Below are positions 9,398-17,439 of a stretch of DNA of 64,000 bases, piece after piece. The stretch is taken from sequence record MW460245.1; one strand, written 5' to 3'. Below the pieces are notes generated by a model. The model worked only from the letters and a program-made list of their open reading frames with translations, had not been told where the DNA came from and did no database searches. A program made the translations under genes and the position numbers. Each line of letters starts with the position of its first letter. The first letter of the stretch is position 1.

Positions 9398-9827
9398 TTT
9401 GCTTCTCCTGTTGAACGAGGTGCATCGGCGTGAAGCGAACAGTGCCATCCTCAAGATTGCCATAGAACATCTCACGCGGGCGCGCGTAGATGTTTCGCTT
9501 GTGCGGCCAGAGGTGCTCGTAGATCACCAGCTGTTCTTGGTTCTCTGTGTGCAGTGCCTCGAACAGCACTCGGTAGAGACCGCCCTTGTAATGGCGGTGT
9601 GTTGCAAGCGCAAGAGCTTCCGTTTCAATCAGAAACGTCTGACCTGCGATTTGCTTGGTTGCGGCAGTGACACGTGCCCAATCTTCGATCGTCTCAGCAC
9701 GCCAGCGCAGCGTGCGGCCAACAGAAGCGTCTGCTCCTGGGAACTTGTTCTCAGCACGCCAGCGATCGATAGTGCTTCTGGAGATATGCAGGTACGCTGC
9801 TACCTCCTTGATGGTCATCGTTTTCAT
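9372..9827 (-). CDS. AlpA/excisionase-like HTH fused to DUF1653
   Basis: MTIKEVAAYLHISRSTIDRW...FP...RW plus HRHYKGGLYRVL..A.H.E...LV.Y...ARP..MF. Confidence 0.75.
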   Translation of the reverse strand: MKTMTIKEVAAYLHISRSTIDRWRAENKFPGADASVGRTLRWRAETIEDWARVTAATKQIAGQTFLIETEALALATHRHYKGGLYRVLFEALHTENQEQLVIYEHLWPHKRNIYARPREMFYGNLEDGTVRFTPMHLVQQEKQNAGTDQKQ

Positions 9828-10018
9828 GGGTACATGATCCCTACAGAGTTAACGACAGGAGCCTGATAACCGTTCTCATCAGAGAAGAGCGAACTACCAG
9901 TTTCGAGAGCGTAATCAGTGATAGCATCCTCGACATACGTTGTCAGACGGTGCTCGTCTTCCTCGGTGATGTGGTCAGGCCATTCGACTTCCACTACGTA
10001 ACGTCTCTTCAGTGCCAT
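9824..10018 (-). CDS. Small hypothetical protein
   Basis: TAATG coupling with the queE stop. Confidence 0.5.
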   Translation of the reverse strand: MALKRRYVVEVEWPDHITEEDEHRLTTYVEDAITDYALETGSSLFSDENGYQAPVVNSVGIMYP

Positions 10019-10881
10019 TATGCCATTGCCACGAAAAGGTGTTGTTGGAGGCTCAAGCAAATGTTGTTCGCAAGAGCGTACTCACCTGCGTATCGGTAAT
10101 TGGCCGCCGTTGCCTCACGGTTGATGAGCTCGTCGTCCCAGATGCTAGAGACTTCACCTGCGTAAGGCTTCTTGTAGACAGCCATCGGCGATACCATCAA
10201 GCGCTGCATGCCGTGCTCTTCGGCCCATGCAAATGCCCAGTCAGGGATCGTGTGATGCGGCGACTCAGGATCAGCATCGACCACGAACTTCAGGTAGTCA
10301 GCGCGGTTCAGCACCTTCTCCGACAGCTTACCGTACTTACCTGCCTTGTAGACAGCCTTCGGAGAGACAACCACCGTGATTTCAGAAAGCCAGAAGCTCT
10401 CAGCATCGCCTTTCTTGAACAGTGGCATCTCTGCATCCAGCAGCTCAAAGAAGGAGGCCTGCGTGCCGTTCGTTTCGATCTGGACTGCGAGGTATTCATC
10501 TCCGACGCGCTCGAGGAACGCAGCGAGGTTATGCTGGAGCGTAGGTTCGCCGCCGGTGATAACCAGTACACGTTTGCGTCGGTCAACGCGGAAGGTATCG
10601 ATGATCGAATCGATCTTGTCGAACGACATGACCTTACCTTCGTTGAACTGGAACGAGGTGTCGCAGAAACGGCAAGCGCCAGCCTCGCTCTTTGCTCCGT
10701 AGTTGCAGCCAGATAGACGGATGAAGACAGCAGGCATCCCGGCGTAGGGCCCTTCGCCCTGCAGCGTGTCGAAAATCGAGGTGACCAACAGTTCGTCAGG
10801 CTTCAGGATGTAATCGTATTCCGCTTTTGCAACGTTGCGGTCAACGTTCTGTACAACAATGGGGAACGTCTTATGCGTCAT
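10018..10881 (-). CDS. queE: 7-carboxy-7-deazaguanine synthase (radical SAM), atypical CX10CX2C motif
   Basis: SIFDTLQGEG...PAVFIRLSGC, CRFCDT, VITGGEP.LQ, QIETNG, VVSPK, SLQQH; RBS AAGGA before ATG 10881. Confidence 0.95.
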   Translation of the reverse strand: MTHKTFPIVVQNVDRNVAKAEYDYILKPDELLVTSIFDTLQGEGPYAGMPAVFIRLSGCNYGAKSEAGACRFCDTSFQFNEGKVMSFDKIDSIIDTFRVDRRKRVLVITGGEPTLQHNLAAFLERVGDEYLAVQIETNGTQASFFELLDAEMPLFKKGDAESFWLSEITVVVSPKAVYKAGKYGKLSEKVLNRADYLKFVVDADPESPHHTIPDWAFAWAEEHGMQRLMVSPMAVYKKPYAGEVSSIWDDELINREATAANYRYAGEYALANNICLSLQQHLFVAMA

Positions 10882-10895
10882 GGTGATTCCTTGGC

Positions 10896-11342
10896 TCAAT
10901 AGCTCATCTTGTGGTGGTCCCTCGTGTCTGCGTCGAAGATACCTTTGACCTTCTTCTTGAACACAGGTGCCGTGGAGTTGAATGCATGCCTTGTATTTAC
11001 TTTGCACGCCTCCGGTTTACCACGCTTCGTCTTGATGTACATACCGCGAAGCACCACGCAGTCCACGATAGGGATACCAGCCGTAGTAAGCGCATCGACC
11101 GAATCATGGACGTAGGAGTTCGTCGGTGAGCCTGCTTGAACCCACGCATCAATCGAAGGGTAATGCGGATGCTTCGTCTTGAAGACCAATCCACCTAGAC
11201 AGCTCTTGCCCTTGAAGATGACACGCTTCGGTTTGACGACCTTCTTGGCTTTCTTTGCCTTAGGACTTTTTGCGCTTGAGGCTGCTGCCTGTTGCTTTTT
11301 TGCCTGGTCCTTCTGGGAAGGTTTTGCCGTGGAATTTTTCAT
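10896..11342 (-). CDS. Hypothetical basic protein inside the deazaguanine operon
   Basis: Fills the dpdA-queE gap and overlaps the dpdA 3' end by 83 nt. Confidence 0.5.
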   Translation of the reverse strand: MKNSTAKPSQKDQAKKQQAAASSAKSPKAKKAKKVVKPKRVIFKGKSCLGGLVFKTKHPHYPSIDAWVQAGSPTNSYVHDSVDALTTAGIPIVDCVVLRGMYIKTKRGKPEACKVNTRHAFNSTAPVFKKKVKGIFDADTRDHHKMSY

Positions 11343-12600
11343 AGCGAGAGATTACAGCCTCGTAGTGTGCGTCTGTCTTGATTGTTGTCTGAGCGAGACC
11401 GGCCAGCCCCTTCGTCTTCGAAGTGCTACGCATCGGCTTCCACTTGTTCGCCATCACATCGCGAATGTAGTTCACCAGCAAAGTGAACTTGTTCAAGGTG
11501 ATGTTGAGGTCCATCTTCTGGTGCACCTCAGCCAGCGGCACCTTACCTGCGAGATAGTCCTCAGCCAGTGCACACAGGAAGCGTGTCTGTTCAGCACGTA
11601 CCCACAGGTTGTGTGCTTCGAGGATACGCCACGAATGAATGATGCGCAGGTCATCGATGGACGTGCAGATAGGGCAGTTGCACTGCGGGGTCTGACGATA
11701 CGCCTGGTTCTTCTTCAGGTCCAGCGTCTTGAAGTCAGCCGTGTCGTACATACCGACCAGCGCTCCGAGACGATGGCTCACCGAGTCAGCGCCGATATTC
11801 TTCACGTAGCCGCTACGTTCCAGCAGCGCATAGAAAAACATCATGAGCTTGGATGTTACACCCAGGACGTGGAAGTACTCAGTCTTCTTGTGGTAGCGGC
11901 TAATCACATACATCAGGTTCTCGACTGCTGCGTTCGTGCGGTCGATACCTGGCGGCGGCTTGATGCCGAGACCTGCGATTGCTACCACGTTCGCCTTACG
12001 ATCCAGCACGTCAAGTCTGGCTTTACGAAGTTCGACCGTCGACCCGTGACTGATGAGTGCCAGATCGATACCGGGATCGAGGCGCTTCAGGATGTAGTCG
12101 TCATTAGCCTTGATGAGGTGCGACACCTGACGGAAGTACGCAGGTTCGAAGGCGGTTCGCACCGGCAAGTCCAGAGGCATGCCGATGTTTGCGTCCTTGT
12201 TGTAGCGGTCAATCACGCCATCCGGATGCACGAAGTCCACGTTGGCTCGCAGCAGCTGGAAGCCACCCGAGTCTACGATGGACTTGATGCCCTGTTTCTC
12301 GTACGGTGCTTTCTTGTAGTCCTTTCCCACTTCAGGGTTCGCCAGAACGAGGGAAAGCCCGCATGCCTTGATGGCCGTCGGGCTAAAGATGGGAACGCAA
12401 ACGTCGAATTGCTCTTCAGGAATGACCGCACCACGTGCTGAGGACATGGCCTCTACGACGGTGCGATCCTTTGTACGCCAACGCTTGACCTTCGGGCCAA
12501 ACTCGGTCGTTTCTTTTTCATTGGGCTTGTTTTTGACGTACAGCTGAGCAGTCCGCTCGCTGTACGCCTCAACGCCCGCCGGTACATAGTGGACGGTCAT
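11260..12600 (-). CDS. dpdA: TGT-fold guanine transglycosylase, DpdA-like (DNA 7-deazaguanine insertion)
   Basis: DSGGFQ, MPLDLP, AIAG, FHVLG, GADS, zinc site CNCPIC...HNL; adjacent to preQ-pathway genes. Confidence 0.85.
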   Translation of the reverse strand: MTVHYVPAGVEAYSERTAQLYVKNKPNEKETTEFGPKVKRWRTKDRTVVEAMSSARGAVIPEEQFDVCVPIFSPTAIKACGLSLVLANPEVGKDYKKAPYEKQGIKSIVDSGGFQLLRANVDFVHPDGVIDRYNKDANIGMPLDLPVRTAFEPAYFRQVSHLIKANDDYILKRLDPGIDLALISHGSTVELRKARLDVLDRKANVVAIAGLGIKPPPGIDRTNAAVENLMYVISRYHKKTEYFHVLGVTSKLMMFFYALLERSGYVKNIGADSVSHRLGALVGMYDTADFKTLDLKKNQAYRQTPQCNCPICTSIDDLRIIHSWRILEAHNLWVRAEQTRFLCALAEDYLAGKVPLAEVHQKMDLNITLNKFTLLVNYIRDVMANKWKPMRSTSKTKGLAGLAQTTIKTDAHYEAVISRYEKFHGKTFPEGPGKKATGSSLKRKKS

Positions 12601-12612
12601 TGTGTTCCTTGG

Positions 12613-13725
12613 TTAAAGCGTTCGCAGCTCGTGAATGATATTGCGCATACCATCCGTATCGAGGTCGTCCATCTCTTCCATGAAGTAGAACGGATTCTCC
12701 TCGTAGGCGCGCATATGGCGGATCATGGTGTCGTGCCCCATGTCCCTGAACAACCATTTACTGCTCACGAACTCCGGATGCGAGGCGGCATCTGTCAGCA
12801 CAGGTGCGCACCCATAGATCATGGCCTCAGCAATGCAGTAGCCGTAGTTCTCTTCCCGCGAATGCGAGACCATCATGACAGCAGAGGCGAGCTCTTCGTG
12901 GTACTGCTGCTTGGTCAAGTTCACCTTGATATCGAGGACGCCATCTTCCTGCGCGAGAAGTGCCTGACGCACCACCGCATCGTCGTTCGAACGCAGCGTC
13001 TTACGTGAGGACGTGATGACGAATTGCCATTCCGGGAACTGTTTCTTGAGATCGCGGAACAGGTCGATGGTGACGATCGGATTCTTCTCGGTGTCCAAGC
13101 GGTTCGTCAGCAGGATTTTCTTCTGCTTCGGAATCAGCTTACCAAGCTTCTGGTACTCGGACAAGAAGATCGGATTCTTCGTGACCTTGATGCGGTCTGC
13201 CAGATGCAGTGCGTTCAGCGGAGCGAGACGCCTCGTCATCACTGCCTTCTTGTGGTACAGAGAACCAACGAACACCTTATCGCATGCTGCGATCCAGCCC
13301 ACCTCAGTGTATTGCTGATACGGCGCAGCAACCTCGAATGCGTCGCCCTTCGTGTACGAGGCAGCATGAAGAAACGACACGAGGTGCACCTTCACCTTGT
13401 TCATTTGCGCCATCAGACGAATCTGTTCGAGGCCCCAGAACTCCGTATCGAACACGAAGATGATGGCGCCGTCTTCGACCTCACCGCGATTGAACATGCC
13501 AGCGAGGTACTGGAGTTGGGTGCTCTTGTAGTGACACGTCGAGTTGATGTCGAGGAACGTACCGACCTTGATGTCGTCCTCCAGCAACGGCTCACCGTTG
13601 ATAATGAACACATCGAAGCCAGCCTTGCTGAGTGCCTCGGGAATGCGGCGATACCATTGCTCTGTGTAACGTTCGCTGAGCGGTTCGATCGGCAGGCAGA
13701 TGAGTTGCTTGCGGTCAGTATGCAT
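12613..13725 (-). CDS. GT-B fold glycosyltransferase (GT4-like)
   Basis: NRLDTEK and E-X7-E motif EENYGYCIAE followed by AMIYGC.PV. Confidence 0.85.
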   Translation of the reverse strand: MHTDRKQLICLPIEPLSERYTEQWYRRIPEALSKAGFDVFIINGEPLLEDDIKVGTFLDINSTCHYKSTQLQYLAGMFNRGEVEDGAIIFVFDTEFWGLEQIRLMAQMNKVKVHLVSFLHAASYTKGDAFEVAAPYQQYTEVGWIAACDKVFVGSLYHKKAVMTRRLAPLNALHLADRIKVTKNPIFLSEYQKLGKLIPKQKKILLTNRLDTEKNPIVTIDLFRDLKKQFPEWQFVITSSRKTLRSNDDAVVRQALLAQEDGVLDIKVNLTKQQYHEELASAVMMVSHSREENYGYCIAEAMIYGCAPVLTDAASHPEFVSSKWLFRDMGHDTMIRHMRAYEENPFYFMEEMDDLDTDGMRNIIHELRTL

Positions 13726-14182
13726 TGTCGTCGAGCTCCAGGTCACCCTCGAAGTCAGCCGGGGCGGTTTTGATGGCCTGCGTTACAGGGAACACGAACA
13801 CATGGCGGTCGCGCTCGAACTTGATTTGATCGCCTTCACGCAAGCATTCGATGTCGGTGAAGCTCCAGAACGCAGGGCCTTCCACTTCGTTCTGACCTAG
13901 CCAATGGAACGCAGAAGGATCGACACGCAGCATGAGCGTGATGTTGGACGGACGGTACTCAACGCGCGTCTTGGTTACGTCCATGGTCACGTAGCAGCTA
14001 AACTCCAGCCCCACCTTTTCATACGTGAGGATACCGCTGTTGTCACTTATGTACAGGTGATTGATGCTATGCACGCGCAACGCGTTCTGCACCTTTCGCG
14101 TGTGGTCGCGGACGAACTCTGCGTTGGTGAACAGGGTGGGGATGCCCTTGAGGCGCCCCTCTACTTCCAGTCCGATTTTCAC
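13715..14182 (-). CDS. Hypothetical protein in the modification operon
   Basis: Tightly packed between the deacetylase and the GT; N-terminal GLEVEGRLKGIPTLF. Confidence 0.7.
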   Translation of the reverse strand: MKIGLEVEGRLKGIPTLFTNAEFVRDHTRKVQNALRVHSINHLYISDNSGILTYEKVGLEFSCYVTMDVTKTRVEYRPSNITLMLRVDPSAFHWLGQNEVEGPAFWSFTDIECLREGDQIKFERDRHVFVFPVTQAIKTAPADFEGDLELDDNAY

Positions 14183-14185
14183 TTG

Positions 14186-14893
14186 TTACTCCGTTGTGTA
14201 TTGAATGTCGCCCCAGCGCATCTCGACCTTGTCTTTGCAGACTTCAAGAAGGTACGAATAGAATTTGGCGACGCGTTCTCTGACAGTAAAGCCGCCAACC
14301 TTCTCTGCATAGCGGGCCCTTACGTCCTGCATTTCGAGGCGATTCCAGTCTTCGTCAGTACACTTCACACATACACCTGCACCGTAATGCACAGTGTGCC
14401 ATTCGTAGATGTTGAAGTCCTGCTGTCGGATGTCCTCGAACAGGTAATACTTGGCATCGTTCTGCCAGAGGGAGGACTGCGAAAGGTAGAAGCTGTCCAA
14501 CAGTCGGCGCTTGTCCTTCGAAGCTTCCTCACCGAGGTACACACCTCGTTTCATGTCCACGCTGTAGAAATGAGTGGCGAAGTGCCGCCACCCCCTATTT
14601 ACAGCTTTGTGATCGTCGTGCCAGTCTTGGATCGACGGCACGTATATCTCGTTGTACTCACTCAATGGCAGTGCGTTCTGCTCCCCGAAGTACGGCGTGA
14701 CATGAAGATGCTCGGCGAAGTCCAGAGCTTCACGACGACGAACATTCGTCAGTTCGTTACACCACAGCACTGACACCTTGTAGTCAGGTACAGCCATGTT
14801 TACCGCAGCGCCCCAGCCTTTGCGGATGATGCTGTAGCAACCGATGAGCTCATCGTCCACGTGAGGAGCGATGATTAGAACCTTTGTAGGCAT
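14186..14893 (-). CDS. PIG-L/LmbE-family N-acetyl-sugar deacetylase
   Basis: IIAPHVDDELIG and WHDDH metal motifs. Confidence 0.85.
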   Translation of the reverse strand: MPTKVLIIAPHVDDELIGCYSIIRKGWGAAVNMAVPDYKVSVLWCNELTNVRRREALDFAEHLHVTPYFGEQNALPLSEYNEIYVPSIQDWHDDHKAVNRGWRHFATHFYSVDMKRGVYLGEEASKDKRRLLDSFYLSQSSLWQNDAKYYLFEDIRQQDFNIYEWHTVHYGAGVCVKCTDEDWNRLEMQDVRARYAEKVGGFTVRERVAKFYSYLLEVCKDKVEMRWGDIQYTTE

Positions 14894-14905
14894 TTGTTGC
14901 TCCTG

Positions 14906-15553
14906 TTAGCAGTCGGTATCCAGCGGAATGTCGATCAGGTATTCATCACTGAAAGACACGTTGAATCGATCGATGAAGGCCCAAACGTCCATGTCCGTCC
15001 AGTCATAGATCGGATAGATGAAGTTCAGGCCACCCAGGCCGTTCGGTACGTAGCACGTCAGCTCTTCACGGGACGCAATAGCACCGTTGCGCACGAAGTT
15101 GGTCGAACGGCCGTCACCTCGATCAAACTCAGAAATGCGCGTACCATCGATCTGCGTGGTGTAGCCTGCACGAACGCACTCCTCGAGAGATGCGAATACG
15201 ATCGGACGCTTGCGCGCAGACTCGTACAGGAATTCGCGGGTCAGCGGATGCACCTTGTTCGGACCTGTCGTCTTCGGATTGTGGACCACCTTCATAGGCT
15301 TGTCCCAGAACTCTCGGTCACGCTCATGATATGCAGCACGTGCCAGGAAGTCTACGACGACGCTATCCTTGCCGCCGCTATGGCCGACGAATGCACGGTT
15401 GAGATCGAAATTACCGCACGACTGAAGGCTTGCTGCATTGATACGACGCGTTGCCTCTGCGGCCTTTTCGAAGATGCCTGCCCAGCACTTAGCATATTCG
15501 ATGTCGTCGAACTGCGCGTAAGGCTTGGTATCCGGCTTAGAAATAACAGTCAT
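14906..15553 (-). CDS. PAPS-reductase-like PP-loop (adenine nucleotide alpha-hydrolase) protein
   Basis: HSGGKDS PP-motif, DGTRISE, YPIYDWTDMDVW; lacks the C-terminal ECGLH motif. Confidence 0.8.
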   Translation of the reverse strand: MTVISKPDTKPYAQFDDIEYAKCWAGIFEKAAEATRRINAASLQSCGNFDLNRAFVGHSGGKDSVVVDFLARAAYHERDREFWDKPMKVVHNPKTTGPNKVHPLTREFLYESARKRPIVFASLEECVRAGYTTQIDGTRISEFDRGDGRSTNFVRNGAIASREELTCYVPNGLGGLNFIYPIYDWTDMDVWAFIDRFNVSFSDEYLIDIPLDTDC

Positions 15554-16463
15554 TGTTGAAGATTCCTTGTTCATCGTGGAAGACACGCAGCTTACCTGCA
15601 GGGACTTGACCGCGTTGCAGCACCAGACGCGGGATCGTGAGGAAGTCAGCTTCGACTCCAGCGCCGAAATACGCGGCAAGCATGATGCGCGCACGAGAGA
15701 TGAGCGCACCGTCACCGAACTGTTCAACACTGTCCAGAACGATCCACACGTCGAGGTCTGAGGTCGAGGGCCACTGAGGTTCCTTGACCAGCAGAGTCAC
15801 CTTCAACTCATTCGCGATTGCTTGCCACTTCTCCGATTCAGCGAACACAGGCTTTTGCTCTTCGACGTCCAGCAGAGCGATAACCTTCTTGAATGCATCA
15901 GGACGTGACACACCGTCGAACACGTTCGGCAGGTTGTATTGCGTCATGAGACGACGCAACGTGGCGTGGGTCTTCATTCGGAAATCATCCGACGGACGCT
16001 TGCCATCTTCCTGATACGCCAGAGGCGGCAGGTAGAAGATTTGGTCATATGTCGAGAGCCACGACAGGATATAGCCTTCCATGCCCTTCACCATCGGGTG
16101 ATCGGGGAAGTCGGTGCACGCGATAGCGTACAGGTCCAGCACGCTGCGATCAGTGATGACGATATGCGCGTCGCCCTTCAGCTCTGCCTCTACCTCAGCC
16201 TTCACGAGATTCGAGATCATCCCGAAGTGTGCACGAGGATCAGCCGGGAAGTGTTCATCCTTCCAAGTGATCTTGCGATCTTGGCTACTGACGACTTCGG
16301 CGAGGACATGGTACTGACGCTTGAGGCGTGCAGTAGTCTCCAGTGCCATCGTCGTCTTGCCGCTGCTGTTGGTACCAGTGAAAGCAACCTTGTACTTCGC
16401 ACTGCGCGGCTTGAGGGTCGATTGGGATGCGTCCACGAATTGTTCCATGAGAGTCTTGGTCAT
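15537..16463 (-). CDS. P-loop nucleotide kinase (AAA_28/NadR/TMP-kinase-like) with extra C-terminal domain
   Basis: AFTGTNSSGKTT Walker A, ITDRS, EDGKR lid; C-terminal SDLDVWIV. Confidence 0.75.
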   Translation of the reverse strand: MTKTLMEQFVDASQSTLKPRSAKYKVAFTGTNSSGKTTMALETTARLKRQYHVLAEVVSSQDRKITWKDEHFPADPRAHFGMISNLVKAEVEAELKGDAHIVITDRSVLDLYAIACTDFPDHPMVKGMEGYILSWLSTYDQIFYLPPLAYQEDGKRPSDDFRMKTHATLRRLMTQYNLPNVFDGVSRPDAFKKVIALLDVEEQKPVFAESEKWQAIANELKVTLLVKEPQWPSTSDLDVWIVLDSVEQFGDGALISRARIMLAAYFGAGVEADFLTIPRLVLQRGQVPAGKLRVFHDEQGIFNNDCYF

Positions 16464-16468
16464 GATGA

Positions 16469-16837
16469 TTACTGGATGATGTAGTGACAAACGGCACCGC
16501 ATTCGCCGTCTTCGGAAACTTCGATGATGAGGTCACGCTTGACCCGATCACCTTGGTAGTGTTGATCGAGGCGCTTCGCCAGATCGTCTGCGATCATTTC
16601 ACAGCTCTTGTGATTCAGTTCCAGCGTACCATCCTCGTACCAGCCTTCCACCATATTCAGGAACTGATGGAACTCGATCTCACGATTGTCGTGATGCACT
16701 TCGATCTGGATGCGGAACTTGAACAGGTGACGATGACGGTCGCGCAGGTACGCAACGTCTTCTGGTGCGTTCGGATAGAAGTGATAGCCTTTGCGTTGGA
16801 AGGTGACGTAGATGAACTTCGGATTGTGTGCCAGCAT
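16469..16837 (-). CDS. dpdL: QueD-paralogue T-fold protein, DpdL-like (predicted CDG decarboxylase)
   Basis: LRDRHRHLF (LxxxHRHxF), REIEF, KSCEMIA, VSEDGECGA; lacks the QueD catalytic Cys. Confidence 0.7.
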   Translation of the reverse strand: MLAHNPKFIYVTFQRKGYHFYPNAPEDVAYLRDRHRHLFKFRIQIEVHHDNREIEFHQFLNMVEGWYEDGTLELNHKSCEMIADDLAKRLDQHYQGDRVKRDLIIEVSEDGECGAVCHYIIQ

Positions 16838-16867
16838 ATGAACCTCAGAGTGGGTTAGGACTCAATC

Positions 16868-16877
16868 TATTTACTAC
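16868..16877 (-). promoter_or_regulatory. GTAGTAAATA motif heading the dpdL-to-queE operon
   Basis: Exact motif 31 nt upstream of the dpdL start. Confidence 0.6.
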
Positions 16878-16890
16878 GTGAGTCGCATGA

Positions 16891-16930
16891 GAAAAGGAAA
16901 CAGGAGCCCGTCCCTGAGGAAGAGCTCCTG
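16891..16930 (-). terminator. Intrinsic terminator after queD
   Basis: CAGGAGC/GCTCCTG stem followed on the minus strand by TTTCCTTTTC. Confidence 0.65.
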
Positions 16931-16943
16931 ATCGTTACTGCGT

Positions 16944-17417
16944 TTAATCCATCACTGCGCCTACTGCGGATTCTCCAGTGTATATAGCGCTATTGCCACC
17001 ATGCTCGCGCACCTCGCACTCAACAACCCATACGCGATCACCGTACTTTTCATCGATGATGCGTGAGGCCACGTTGAAAGCGAATTGGGCAAAGCGTTCG
17101 CAGCCAACACCCGGTTCCATGACCACCACGTCCATGATACCACGACGTTGTGCTTCCATGAACCATTCGAGTTCCGGGTCGTCCTTCGCTACCACTGTCT
17201 TGTGGTCGAAGGTATTGACCAACTCAGCCTTCAGCTCTTTCAGGCCACCGAAGTCGGTTACCCACCCTTTGTCGTCCAACTCATGCGCCGCGAACTTGAA
17301 ACCGATCTGGACAGCGTAGCCATGAAGCTTGCAGCAGTGCGAGTGCGTCGCGCGCCATTGACGGAAGGCGCAGGACAGGCCCACGTCGTGGGTGTACGTT
17401 TTGGTACTAAGGAACAT
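16944..17417 (-). CDS. queD: 6-carboxy-5,6,7,8-tetrahydropterin synthase
   Basis: CAFRQWRATHSHCCKLHGY, WVTDFGGLK, FDH, VREH..NSAIY. Confidence 0.93.
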   Translation of the reverse strand: MFLSTKTYTHDVGLSCAFRQWRATHSHCCKLHGYAVQIGFKFAAHELDDKGWVTDFGGLKELKAELVNTFDHKTVVAKDDPELEWFMEAQRRGIMDVVVMEPGVGCERFAQFAFNVASRIIDEKYGDRVWVVECEVREHGGNSAIYTGESAVGAVMD

Positions 17418-17439
17418 TCAGGTTCTCCTGTTGTATGCT

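Noticed and set aside
9372-9827. Excisionase implying a prophage or integrative element
   Set aside because: No integrase, att sites or repressor module in the window; AlpA-like HTHs are common in lytic phages
11179-12441. 420-aa plus-strand ORF opposite dpdA
   Set aside because: No motifs or RBS; long antisense ORFs are expected from the strong GC3 codon bias
14906-15553. Calling the PP-loop protein queC or cysH
   Set aside because: Lacks the QueC zinc-binding CxxCxxC region and the CysH ECGLH motif
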